From Terriglobales bacterium (GTDB lineage Bacteria; Acidobacteriota; Terriglobia; Terriglobales; Acidobacteriaceae): a DNA stretch of 64,000 bases. Location of the stretch: the NCBI GenBank assembly GCA_038230575.1, contig JBBRNA010000022.1, forward strand, positions 563 through 64,562. The letters run 5' to 3'. Of this stretch, positions 1 through 8,594 are shown in pieces. The stretch's first letter is position 1; each line of letters starts with the position of its first letter. Both the position numbers and the translations under genes were made by a program. Under the pieces are notes generated by a model. It had not been told where the DNA came from and ran no database searches. It saw nothing but the letters and a program-made list of their open reading frames with translations.

Positions 1-2004
1 GTTTCTCCTCTTCTATGGGATAAGGTTCGCCGCGGCCTTTCTGCCGGACGAGTGCAGACTGTCGCTCTGCGCCTGATCGTCGACCGGGAGCGCGAGATCA
101 AGGCTTTTGAGAAGAAAGAATACTGGACGATCGACGCCAACCTTGCGGCTTCGAAGCCTCCCGCTTTCGACGCGCGCTTTTTAGGCAAGGGCGAAGAGAA
201 GATCGAAGTTACAAACGGCGAGCAGGCCGAGCAGATTCGCGCGTCGCTTGAAAACGCCGACTGGGTAGTCCGTTCGGCGGAGAAGAAAGAGCGGCGCCGC
301 AACGCGACTCCACCTTTTACGACCAGCAAACTGCAACAGGACTCTTCCCGCAAATTGCGCTTCAGCGTGAAGCGCAGCATGATGATCGCGCAGCGCCTTT
401 ATGAAGGCATCGAACTCGGCGACGAGGGATTGGTCGGCCTCATCACCTACATGCGAACCGATTCGACGCGAGTCGCTCCCGAAGCGATCACCGAAGTTCG
501 CGAATACATCTCTGAGTCATACGGAGCGCCTTATCTGCCGGATTCTCCGAACACATATAAGGAGAAGAAAGAAGCGCAAGCGGCGCACGAAGCGATCCGT
601 CCCACATCGGCGGCGCGGCATCCTGATCAGGTGAAGCAGTATCTGCAGGAAGACGAGTTCAAAGTCTACAAACTAATTTGGCAGCGCTTTATCGCATCGC
701 AGATGATGCCCGCGGTATTCGACCAGACTTCAGTCGACATCGATGCCAAGTCGGGCAGCGACGTGTTCTGGTTCCGCGTGACGGGATCAGTCATGAAGTT
801 TGACGGCTTCCTTAAAGTCTACGAAGAATCCAAAGACAATAAGGATGAGGAAGACGAAGAACTGAAGCATAAGCTGCCGCCGCTTGAGGCTGGTCAAAAG
901 TTGACGCTCAAGTCGCTGCTTCCGGAACAGCATTTCACCGAGCCGCCTCCGCGCTTCAACGAGGCTTCGCTGGTGAAAGAGCTTGAAGAGCGGGGCATTG
1001 GGCGGCCTTCCACCTACGCCACAATTCTGAGCACTATTCAGGAGCGCCAGTACGCCCAAAAAATCGGCGGCAAGTTCGTGCCTACCGAGATTGGCTTGGT
1101 TGTGACTGATCTTTTAGTCGAGAACTTCAAAGATATTTTCGACTTCCAGTACACGGCTCGCCTCGAAGAAGATCTCGACGAAATTGAAGAAGGCAAGCAG
1201 ACGGGCAACGGCGCGCTGACCGACTTCTACAAAAAATTCTCCAAAGACCTCCGATACGCCGAAAAGCACATGGAGAACATCAAGCGTATGGAGAAGCCCA
1301 CCGACGAGAAGTGTGAGCTCTGCGGTTCACCGCTCGTAATCAAGTGGGGGAAGCACGGCTCTTTCTACGCGTGCAGCACCTACGACAAGGAAAATCCAGA
1401 TACCTGCAAGTTCACCAAAGAAAATCCGATCAATCTACCCGATCTCGACACTGCCGACGTACAGGAGACCGCGCAGGAAGAGTATTGCGAAAATTGCGGT
1501 CGCGTCATGGTATTGAAGCGCGGACGCTTTGGGCAGTTCATGGCGTGTACCGGTTATCCGGATTGCAAGACCACTCGCCGTCTTGATCAGGGCAAAAAAA
1601 TTCCAGACATTCCGTTGGATGAAACTTGTCCGCTTTGCAAACGAAACATGATCTTGCGCCACGGCAGGTTCGGCGAATTCACTTCCTGCAGCGGATACCC
1701 GGAATGCAAGTATGTGAAGCAGAATTTTATCGGCGTGAAGTGTCCCGATTGCAAAGACGGGGAACTCGTCGAAAAGCGGGCGCGCAAGGGCAATACGTTT
1801 TACGGATGCGGAAACTATCCAAAGTGCAAATTCACCTCGGCCGCGAAGCCGATTGCCGAGAAATGCCCGGACTGCGGGCACGAATATCTTGTGGAACGCA
1901 TTCGTAAGGACGGCGTCGTGATCGCTTGCCCGAACAAGGAATGCGATTATGAACGGGAAGTTGCGGGTTCGGTAGGGTCGGCGTCTGCGGACGCACCGGC
2001 GTGA
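1..2004 (+). CDS. topA: DNA topoisomerase I, 3' two-thirds (5' end lies upstream of the window)
   Basis: Frame 1 is open from nt 1 (VSPLLWDKVRRGLSAGRVQTVALRL...) and runs into listed ORF 52..2004. Type IA core motifs GLITYMRTDSTR (active-site Tyr) and GIGRPSTYA are followed by five CxxC...C(x2-5)C zinc-ribbon repeats. Confidence 0.95.
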   Translation, partial: VSPLLWDKVRRGLSAGRVQTVALRLIVDREREIKAFEKKEYWTIDANLAASKPPAFDARFLGKGEEKIEVTNGEQAEQIRASLENADWVVRSAEKKERRRNATPPFTTSKLQQDSSRKLRFSVKRSMMIAQRLYEGIELGDEGLVGLITYMRTDSTRVAPEAITEVREYISESYGAPYLPDSPNTYKEKKEAQAAHEAIRPTSAARHPDQVKQYLQEDEFKVYKLIWQRFIASQMMPAVFDQTSVDIDAKSGSDVFWFRVTGSVMKFDGFLKVYEESKDNKDEEDEELKHKLPPLEAGQKLTLKSLLPEQHFTEPPPRFNEASLVKELEERGIGRPSTYATILSTIQERQYAQKIGGKFVPTEIGLVVTDLLVENFKDIFDFQYTARLEEDLDEIEEGKQTGNGALTDFYKKFSKDLRYAEKHMENIKRMEKPTDEKCELCGSPLVIKWGKHGSFYACSTYDKENPDTCKFTKENPINLPDLDTADVQETAQEEYCENCGRVMVLKRGRFGQFMACTGYPDCKTTRRLDQGKKIPDIPLDETCPLCKRNMILRHGRFGEFTSCSGYPECKYVKQNFIGVKCPDCKDGELVEKRARKGNTFYGCGNYPKCKFTSAAKPIAEKCPDCGHEYLVERIRKDGVVIACPNKECDYEREVAGSVGSASADAPA

Positions 2005-2053
2005 TAGACAGGCCGTCCAGCGAAATAGTTAAAGTCAAACGTTAACGAGGGAA

Positions 2054-2521
2054 ATGATGGCAAAAAAAGCGACGTCTGAAGATGCAGCGCTGATTCTTAA
2101 GCTTTACGATCTCCGCCGTGAGCCGGAAATGCGAAAGGCTCGCAACTGGTTCGTCTCCGAATTTTGGCCGGAGAGCGCCGACGATTTTCTGAAAGTAGCC
2201 AGCGCTTCGAATAGCCAGGAGAACGCCTGGATGCGGCAAGTTGGCAGCTACTGGGACATGGCGGCGGCCTTCGTGATGCACGGCGCATTGAGCGAAGAGC
2301 TCTTCGTGCAACCCGGTTGTAGTGGCGAGATGTTCTTCGTTTTCGGCAAGATCCAGCCCTTCTTGAAAGAACTGCGTCAGAAAATGAATAGCCCGACGGC
2401 ATGGTCGAATATCGAAGCCGTTGCAACTGGGTCGAAGGCGGCGCGAAAGCGGTTGGAAATCACCATGGCCAATCTCGAGAAGCGCCGCCAGTCGACGGGT
2501 AAGTCGGCGAAAAAGAGCTGA
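2054..2521 (+). CDS. conserved hypothetical protein (155 aa, soluble, basic C-terminal tail)
   Basis: Clean ORF 50 nt after topA, with GAGGG just upstream of a tandem ATG-ATG. I cannot name a motif. The ORFs on the opposite strand in this span are Arg-rich GC artefacts. Confidence 0.6.
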   Translation: MMAKKATSEDAALILKLYDLRREPEMRKARNWFVSEFWPESADDFLKVASASNSQENAWMRQVGSYWDMAAAFVMHGALSEELFVQPGCSGEMFFVFGKIQPFLKELRQKMNSPTAWSNIEAVATGSKAARKRLEITMANLEKRRQSTGKSAKKS

Positions 2522-2600
2522 GCGCGCTCGGTTTTTTGCGCGCGGACTCGCCTGCAAATGGTCGCCCCGCCCCATCTGCTATCCTGAATAAGTTGTGCGG

Positions 2601-2765
2601 ATGCTCTGGTGGTTCCTCATCCTCGGAGTAAGCGCGGCGGTCGTCCTGTCGGTGGCGACGATTCTGTTCATGCGTGTTCGGCGGCAAATGAAGCGCGCTC
2701 CTACGCATCGAGCCGAACTCGACGTACTGGACCACGCCGACCCTTCTTGGCCTCCGGAAGCGTAA
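2601..2765 (+). CDS. possible small membrane protein (54 aa), below the ORF-track cutoff
   Basis: Hand translation gives MLWWFLILGVSAAVVLSVATILFMRVRRQMKRAPTHRAELDVLDHADPSWPPEA*. It has one hydrophobic helix followed by a positive cluster and fills the gap before bioY. No obvious Shine-Dalgarno sequence. Confidence 0.3.
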   Translation: MLWWFLILGVSAAVVLSVATILFMRVRRQMKRAPTHRAELDVLDHADPSWPPEA

Positions 2766-2827
2766 TCATTTGGTAGCGACTCCGCACGAAAGTTCCAGAG
2801 CACGAGCAACAGTTCTTAGGAGAACAT

Positions 2828-3430
2828 ATGGCACGAGTAGCAACTCAAGTCCTCGACCAAGCGAAGCCGCAAAGCGCCGGCAGGGAGTGGGCAAGGCAGG
2901 CTGCGATCGTAATAAGCGCAAGCATCTTCGTTGCCGTGTGCGCCCACGTTTCCGTGCCGTTGCCATTCACTCCGGTTCCGCTTACGCTCTCAAACTTCGC
3001 CGTGCTCGCAGTTGGATTGCTGCTCGGTTCGCGCCGTGGCTTTGCTGCGCTCGCGCTTTATCTCATGGAAGGGGCGATGGGCTTGCCAGTTTTTAGCGCT
3101 TCGCCTCTTGGCGGCGGCATTGCCCAGATTCTTGGCCCGACTGGCGGCTTTTTGATGGCGTACCCGTTGGTAGCCTTCATCGCCGGCTGGGTTTACGAGC
3201 GTGCGTCGACGAAAAGTTTTTCCTGGGCCGCGTTCGCGTCAGTTGTCGCGGAAGTATTCCTGTTTGCCTGCGGCCTTAGCTGGCTTGCCACCCTCACGCA
3301 CTCGATGGCGCTCGCAATCCGTTACGGGCTGTATTGGTTCTTGTTTGCGGAAGTGATAAAGATATTCATGGCATCGGGCCTCGCAGCCCAGTGGCAGAAG
3401 CGGCGTTCAGAACGGGCTTCAAACGGCTGA
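2828..3430 (+). CDS. bioY: biotin transporter BioY (ECF S-component family)
   Basis: 200 aa with about 6 TM segments. Typical BioY stretch VPLPFTPVPLTLSNFAVLAVGLLLG...GLPVFS...GPTGGFLMAYPL. AGGAG lies upstream of the ATG. Confidence 0.85.
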   Translation: MARVATQVLDQAKPQSAGREWARQAAIVISASIFVAVCAHVSVPLPFTPVPLTLSNFAVLAVGLLLGSRRGFAALALYLMEGAMGLPVFSASPLGGGIAQILGPTGGFLMAYPLVAFIAGWVYERASTKSFSWAAFASVVAEVFLFACGLSWLATLTHSMALAIRYGLYWFLFAEVIKIFMASGLAAQWQKRRSERASNG

Positions 3431-3622
3431 ACCGCCCCTGCAAAATAGCTTGACTCGCCGCACTCTGCTACCACGCCGTAGCATTTTCAATGTTGAAATT
3501 GGCAGCGCAATTTCAAGTTTAATGGTTTTCAAGCTTCGTATCAGGGCATCGCTTCAGCGATGCCGCCGCAAACTTCGTCAGGTCGCCCCTTAAGGGGCTG
3601 CGCAGAACAGGATTTAATTCTT

Positions 3623-4471
3623 ATGACAACCGTCTCCGCTCCCGTCCGTGAAATAACCGTAGCGCATAGCCCTGACTCCGATGACGCGTTCATGTTTTAT
3701 GGCTTGGCGACGAATAAAGTCCGCGTGCCCGGACTAAAGTTCAGCCATACCCTCTGCGACATTGAAACGTTGAACCGCCAGGCGCAAGAGGGAGTTTACG
3801 ACGTGACAGCGATTTCCTTCCACGCCTACCCCTACATTCAGGACCATTACGCTCTCATGCCCTGCGGCGGCAGCGTGGGCGACGGCTACGGACCGATGCT
3901 GGTGGCCACGCGTTCGTTCACGCTCGATAGCATCAAGCGCCAGAAGATTGCGGTCCCGGGAAAACTAACGACCGCCTATCTCGCGCTCGAGTTGTTTGCT
4001 CCCGGCATTGATGTCGAGGTCGTTCCTTTCGATCAGATCATCCCGCAGATTCTCGAGGGCAAATATCAGGCGGGCCTGATCATTCACGAAGGTCAACTCA
4101 CGTACGACAAGTCAGGGCTGCAACGCGTGCTCGATCTCGGCAAATGGTGGCAGAAGACGACCGGGCTGCCGCTTCCGCTAGGCGGAAACGCAATTCGCCG
4201 CGCGCTCGGGCCGGAGACCATGGCCAGCGTGAATCAGGCGTTGCGCGAAAGCATTCAGTACGCGATCGATCATCGCGAAGAGGCGTTAGCCTACGCTATG
4301 CAGTTCGCCCGCGATCTCGATCCGCAACAAGCCGACAAGTTTGTGGGCATGTACGTGAACGAACGCACGCTGGATTACGGCGACGACGGCAGGGAAGCTG
4401 TGAGCCGCTTACTGGATATGGGTTACAAGGCTGGAATTATCCGTCAGGCGCCGCGGGTGGAGTGGGTTTAA
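3623..4471 (+). CDS. MqnA/MqnD/SBP-family protein (futalosine-pathway-like periplasmic-binding fold)
   Basis: [14 protein letters not shown]...[10 protein letters not shown]...GYGPMLV resembles the MqnA/MqnD (VitK2_biosynth) family. I prefer the ATG at 3623 (MTTVSAP) over the listed 3560, because the first 21 codons overlap a GC hairpin at 3545-3564. Confidence 0.7.
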   Translation: MTTVSAPVREITVAHSPDSDDAFMFYGLATNKVRVPGLKFSHTLCDIETLNRQAQEGVYDVTAISFHAYPYIQDHYALMPCGGSVGDGYGPMLVATRSFTLDSIKRQKIAVPGKLTTAYLALELFAPGIDVEVVPFDQIIPQILEGKYQAGLIIHEGQLTYDKSGLQRVLDLGKWWQKTTGLPLPLGGNAIRRALGPETMASVNQALRESIQYAIDHREEALAYAMQFARDLDPQQADKFVGMYVNERTLDYGDDGREAVSRLLDMGYKAGIIRQAPRVEWV

Positions 4472-4481
4472 GGCGGCTGGT

Positions 4482-4551
4482 TAGCTTCTAGCCGCTAGCT
4501 GGTAGCTTCTAGCTTCTAGCTCTTAGCTCTTAGCTCTTAGCTTCTAGCTCC
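4482..4551. repeat. heptanucleotide tandem repeat, 10 units of TAGCTYY
   Basis: Read directly: tagcttc tagccgc tagctgg tagcttc tagcttc tagctct tagctct tagctct tagcttc tagctcc. It lies between the convergent genes ending at 4471 and 4663. Confidence 0.9.
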
Positions 4552-4603
4552 TGAGTCATGGCATTACCGACACCGGCACTTCCCCCTGCACGCTCAATGA
4601 ATT

Positions 4604-4633
4604 GTCATCCCGAGCGAAGCGAGGGATCTGCAG
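4604..4633 (+). repeat. REP-like intergenic element, short form (copy a)
   Basis: gtcatcccgagcgaagcgagggatctgcag. It can fold as ATCCC-GA-GC-[GAA]-GC-GA-GGGAT. It shares the 5' TGTCATCC core with five other copies in the window. Confidence 0.7.
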
Positions 4634-4662
4634 TTTGTTCCCGGCAGAATCTAGACAGGGCT

Positions 4663-5448
4663 TCATGAACCTGAAGACTTCGCGGCTTTGCCGTTGCGCT
4701 TCCATTTCCAGATACCGAAGGCGACCAGCTCCCACCAAGCGACAGCAATCGTCGTAATCACAAAAAACCCCACGAAGCGCTCCATGGACAATTGCTCGAA
4801 AGGCCAGTGCGTTGCGACCGCCGCACGAAGCAGCCCTCCCAAAAGAGCGATGGCCAGACCCATGCCCAGAACTGCAGTCTCAGGACGGTCATCTGAGCTT
4901 GCATAGGGCGCGCCTACAGCTTTACTCCACCACGCCAGGAGCGCTGCAGAAATGATCGCCACTCCGAAAATTGTGCTCCCGTGTTGCAGAAGATTGTAGA
5001 CATGCAAAGACCGTAGCAACGGAACATTCACGCGCTGCCGTAGAAACGGCCATGCGCGATAGGGCAATGTGTTCCGATGTGTAAAAGAATCCCAAAGGAT
5101 GTGCGTGAATATCACAACCAAGGTAGAAGCGATGATAAGGGTTAGGCGACTCAAGCCGCCAAAGCGAAACTCGATGCTATATGGTTTTAAGCGCTCTCGA
5201 AGTTTTGAGGGAAAGAGGGCAATCAGAGGCTCTTTGACGAATACGTGAAAAAGCAAAAGGATGAACAGGGCCAGAGGCAGAGTCAGAACCAACGCCCCTT
5301 GTAGCGTGTGGCCGTAACGTCCTTCGGGGGCCAGACGCAAAAAGTATTCAAAGTCTGGAGCCATGGTTCCCACAATTAAAGCCGACCAAACTAATCGCGT
5401 GCGTCGAAAGGGAAGCGCCGCGGCGGTGTGGGCAAGAGTGAATGGCAC
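4663..5448 (-). CDS. DUF4184-like polytopic membrane protein
   Basis: N-terminus MPFTLAHTAAALPF, conserved His residues (HTL, HILWDSFTH) and about 7 TM helices fit the DUF4184 pattern as I recall it. Confidence 0.65.
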   Translation of the reverse strand: MPFTLAHTAAALPFRRTRLVWSALIVGTMAPDFEYFLRLAPEGRYGHTLQGALVLTLPLALFILLLFHVFVKEPLIALFPSKLRERLKPYSIEFRFGGLSRLTLIIASTLVVIFTHILWDSFTHRNTLPYRAWPFLRQRVNVPLLRSLHVYNLLQHGSTIFGVAIISAALLAWWSKAVGAPYASSDDRPETAVLGMGLAIALLGGLLRAAVATHWPFEQLSMERFVGFFVITTIAVAWWELVAFGIWKWKRNGKAAKSSGS

Positions 5449-5472
5449 TGCAAGTCTTTGCTGGCGAAGAGC

Positions 5473-7278
5473 CTATTTAACCTTGAGCTCGAACGTAAAC
5501 ACGGGATCAATGTCAACCGGCACATCTGCCGCCGCTTTCAACGACGTCTTCAATTCCTCTGGCATCGCGTCGTACTTCTTGAACCAATTTTCAGCCCGGG
5601 AGCGATCCCCGGTCGCTTCGATCTCCAGCAATTCCTTCGTCAAATCGGCCAGCGCACCGGGAATTTTCTCGTAGTCAATCGCATAACGACCGTTTGCATT
5701 TCGGCGAATCGCTCCTCGCTCGGAGAGATAATTGAACTCCATCATCTCGGCGCGTCCATGAGCCTCGGCGGTTCCGAAGCGCACCGTACGGAAAATTCCT
5801 CCGACGTAAGACGCGTAATACTCTTGCAGCTTTTCTTTCGCAAGAACGTCGTGGTCCACCAGCCACTTGAGACCGAACATTCCGGTCACATCGGCCTTGG
5901 CTTCTTCCAGACCAGCGAAAGTTGGGCCGATTGCTTCCCGAATGTCGAGCTTGCCTGCCTGCGTTCTCGCATAAGCTGGGCCGAGGCCATGGCAAATCTC
6001 ATGCATGATCGTGCTTTGCAAATAGCCATCACCGGAAACTTTGGCGGCTTGATTCGGCTCCATCAATTTGCGCGCGACGGGAAGGACCACGAAGTCCACG
6101 CGAGCGTCCATAAAATTTCTGAAGAACAATTTCTTGCTGCCTTTTTTCTCGTGGACTCTTGGATCATTCGGCAGGTTGTCGGCGACCGCCTGATAGCCGT
6201 GCGTAAGGTCTCCTGCGCGAAACGGAGTGTCCATGACTTCCATCGGAGTCTGCAGGCCGCGCTTCGACGGACGATCTTCCGCCGCTAACGGTAACGAGTC
6301 TTGAATGTCAGGCACGTATTTCTGGAAGAGTTCGAGCTTCTTGCTCTCGCGCTCGTTGCGCACCATCACCGCAGCGCCGTACGAACCTTTCACTCCGAGC
6401 AGACCATCCATGTAAGTTTCGTAGGGCGCAAAAATAATATCGATCTTCGGATTCTTAAGATCGAGCCATGCCAAATCACTGGCGAGATAGTCGTCGCTGA
6501 GCAGCGCGTCGGCCCGAAGACGAAGAAATTTGGCAAAGTCTTTGTCGGAACTGAGATCTGCAGCGGCGCGCAAAGCCTTGGCGGCGGGCTCAAGATAAGC
6601 GCGAAATGCGACGTGATATGGAACAGCTTCCAGGTTGTCTTGCTGTTTTCGAACGATCGTAAACTGGTTGTAGATCGGCCCTTTCTGCTCGGGATGGGCT
6701 GTGACGTACTGATCGAGTTCTTCGCGGGCCAGGTTGGGCGGAAAAAATCCTCGACCCGGGGGCATCGGGTCCGTCCCAACAAACGGCTGGTTTTGATCAA
6801 GCAGATCGAAACGCGAGGCGTTAATCCACATGTAACGGCGCAAGAGCATGTCCTGCGGATGGCGGCTCGCCGCGAGAGACTGATATAACGCCAAGCCCTC
6901 CGGATCGCTCTGTCGCCAGTAAATGCTCTCCAGATATCCGCACGCCTCAACCAATTTGTGAACAAGCTGAACGTCGCGCGGGGTAAGGCCGGCCGTCCGA
7001 AAGAGCATGTGTACGCGGCGGAATTTAGCGACGCGCTGCTGGAGATCGGGTACAACTTTCAGATTTGCCGCAGATCCACCTTTGGCCGCGGTGCCGGTCA
7101 TAAAAGTTTTCTTCGGCGGGGCAGAAGCTGCCGCAGCGACGGCGACGGCGATGACGATGACCATGACCAGAGAAAGAGTCGCGACTTTAAATGAAGTTCG
7201 ATCGAACAGCGGCCGCCGGATCAAAAAATTGTTTGCATCTCGCAAGAAGGCATTCATGTGTGGAGACAAGTCTACCAA
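5473..7278 (-). CDS. M49 (dipeptidyl-peptidase III)-like zinc metallopeptidase, membrane-anchored or secreted
   Basis: MHEICHGLGP (HExxH) followed by LEEAKADVTG (an EExK-AD second zinc motif). N-terminal hydrophobic anchor VATLSLVMVIVIAVAVAAAA. An alternative start exists at 7257 (MNAFL). Confidence 0.7.
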   Translation of the reverse strand: MVDLSPHMNAFLRDANNFLIRRPLFDRTSFKVATLSLVMVIVIAVAVAAAASAPPKKTFMTGTAAKGGSAANLKVVPDLQQRVAKFRRVHMLFRTAGLTPRDVQLVHKLVEACGYLESIYWRQSDPEGLALYQSLAASRHPQDMLLRRYMWINASRFDLLDQNQPFVGTDPMPPGRGFFPPNLAREELDQYVTAHPEQKGPIYNQFTIVRKQQDNLEAVPYHVAFRAYLEPAAKALRAAADLSSDKDFAKFLRLRADALLSDDYLASDLAWLDLKNPKIDIIFAPYETYMDGLLGVKGSYGAAVMVRNERESKKLELFQKYVPDIQDSLPLAAEDRPSKRGLQTPMEVMDTPFRAGDLTHGYQAVADNLPNDPRVHEKKGSKKLFFRNFMDARVDFVVLPVARKLMEPNQAAKVSGDGYLQSTIMHEICHGLGPAYARTQAGKLDIREAIGPTFAGLEEAKADVTGMFGLKWLVDHDVLAKEKLQEYYASYVGGIFRTVRFGTAEAHGRAEMMEFNYLSERGAIRRNANGRYAIDYEKIPGALADLTKELLEIEATGDRSRAENWFKKYDAMPEELKTSLKAAADVPVDIDPVFTFELKVK

Positions 7279-7315
7279 AGCCTGTTTCGCTCTCCGCAGC
7301 CGTTATCATGGATGC

Positions 7316-8020
7316 ATGCCTCAGTCTGAAAGTGGCCAGACTTTACTCATCGACGCCGATGACACACTCTGGGAAAATAATATTTATTTTGAACGCGCCA
7401 TCGCTGAGTTCATCACTTTTCTCGATCATAAAGAGCACTCGCCACATGCGGTTCGCCTGATTCTGAACGATATTGAGCGAGAGTCGATCCTTTCCCACGG
7501 ATACGGCCTGCACAGCTTTTTGCACTCGCTGGTATCAACTTTCGAACGCCTCTCCGTGGATCCGGTCACGCCGGAATTGCACGAGCGCATCCATCGCTTT
7601 GCCCATCGAATCGCCGAGCATCCGATCGAAGTCTTGCCCGAGGTGGCGCAGACCTTGCACTATCTTTCTGCTCGTCACCATCTGATCATGATGACCAAGG
7701 GAAATCCGGCGGAACAAAGTGGCAAGGTTGAGCGCTCAGGGCTGAAGCAATATTTTGCTGCCATCGAAATTGTGGCCGAAAAGGACGAGCCGACTTATCG
7801 AAGCGCGGTCGGCAAATATCGTTGCGATCCGGCGAAAACCTGGATGGTGGGAAACAGCCCGAAGTCGGATATCAATCCAGCGCTGGCCGCGGGATTACAC
7901 GCCGTCTTCATCTCGCACGATAAAACCTGGATTCTCGAGCACGAAGAGTTGGCTTCCGCTCCGCCGGCGCAAAAACTTATCGTGCTGAACGGTTTTGCTG
8001 AGCTGCGCCAACATTTTTAG
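7316..8020 (+). CDS. HAD-superfamily hydrolase
   Basis: LLIDADDTLWENN (DxDxT motif I), MMTKGN (motif III Lys) and VGNSPKSDI (motif IV). The listed ORF starts at 7007 but overlaps the divergent gene, so the ATG at 7316 (MPQSESGQ) is the sensible start. Confidence 0.8.
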   Translation: MPQSESGQTLLIDADDTLWENNIYFERAIAEFITFLDHKEHSPHAVRLILNDIERESILSHGYGLHSFLHSLVSTFERLSVDPVTPELHERIHRFAHRIAEHPIEVLPEVAQTLHYLSARHHLIMMTKGNPAEQSGKVERSGLKQYFAAIEIVAEKDEPTYRSAVGKYRCDPAKTWMVGNSPKSDINPALAAGLHAVFISHDKTWILEHEELASAPPAQKLIVLNGFAELRQHF

Positions 8021-8042
8021 GACGAGAGCAAGTGTTGCAGCG

Positions 8043-8396
8043 TCATTGAATCGCAAAAGTCACAGCATTCGAGTTCACGTCAGCCGTGCGCACGTAAACC
8101 TGTACCATGCCAGGATTTGCAATGTCAGCCGCATCAATTTGGGCTGTGATTCGGGTGCTGGTTTCGTAATGAACGGATTTAGCGTCAGTCCCAAAGTAAA
8201 TGACGGCATCCGATCCAAAACCTGCTCCCGTTACGGACAAGGTAAACGCGGACCCGCCCGCGGTCGCCCCCGCCGGCGAGAGTTGCACGATGTTCAACGC
8301 CCCGTTTCCCGAGCCCATATAGTTGCGTGAGCTGTAACCGCACCCCGCCTCTAGCAAAGCGATCGTCACTAGCACGACGAATCCGATTCTGGACAT
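8043..8396 (-). CDS. small lipoprotein with IPT/TIG-like beta-sandwich domain
   Basis: MSRIGFVVLVTIALLEAGC lipobox, then LSPAGATAGGSAFTLSVTGAGF...VYVRT, which looks like an IPT/TIG repeat. GGAGGG (minus strand) sits about 5-10 nt upstream of the ATG at 8396. Confidence 0.65.
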   Translation of the reverse strand: MSRIGFVVLVTIALLEAGCGYSSRNYMGSGNGALNIVQLSPAGATAGGSAFTLSVTGAGFGSDAVIYFGTDAKSVHYETSTRITAQIDAADIANPGMVQVYVRTADVNSNAVTFAIQ

Positions 8397-8538
8397 CGCT
8401 TCCCTCCGGCCGAAGTTTGGGCTCATGAGAGAAATTAACAAGCGAGCGGCGTGCTGTTGTCATCAGTTCGTCACTTGTTTGTAAGAAGCACGAAAGCGAT
8501 CACAGACGTTCGCGAGATTTAGGGAGGATGTTCAGACC

Positions 8539-8570
8539 AAAAAACCGGCCCGGAATTTCTTCCGGGCCGG
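8539..8570 (-). terminator. rho-independent terminator after the M48-like/TonB operon
   Basis: On the minus strand: ccggcccggaagaaattccgggccgg, followed by TTTTTT. It lies 25 nt after the stop at 8595. Confidence 0.8.
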
Positions 8571-8594
8571 CTGTCGTTGCTAGTGAACGATGAT

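Noticed and set aside
2522-2543. gcgcgc-(10 nt, T-rich)-gcgcgc after the 2054..2521 gene, considered as a terminator.
   Set aside because: The stem is 6 bp, the T-run lies in the loop rather than after the stem, and no U-tract follows.
3545-3564. GC hairpins with a CTTCAG centre (ggcatcgcttcagcgatgcc at 3545-3564, ggcgcttcagcgcc at 49870-49883).
   Set aside because: There are two short copies only. They may belong to a genome-wide REP class, but this cannot be supported here.
5428-6288. Long ORFs overlapping real genes on the opposite strand or in another frame: 5428..6288, 9147..9902, 24966..25820, 44690..45337, 34036..34599 and 11351..12211.
   Set aside because: Each lies entirely inside a gene with strong family motifs. 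Their translations are Arg/Ser/Gly-rich with no motifs, as expected for off-frame or antisense reading of GC-rich coding DNA.
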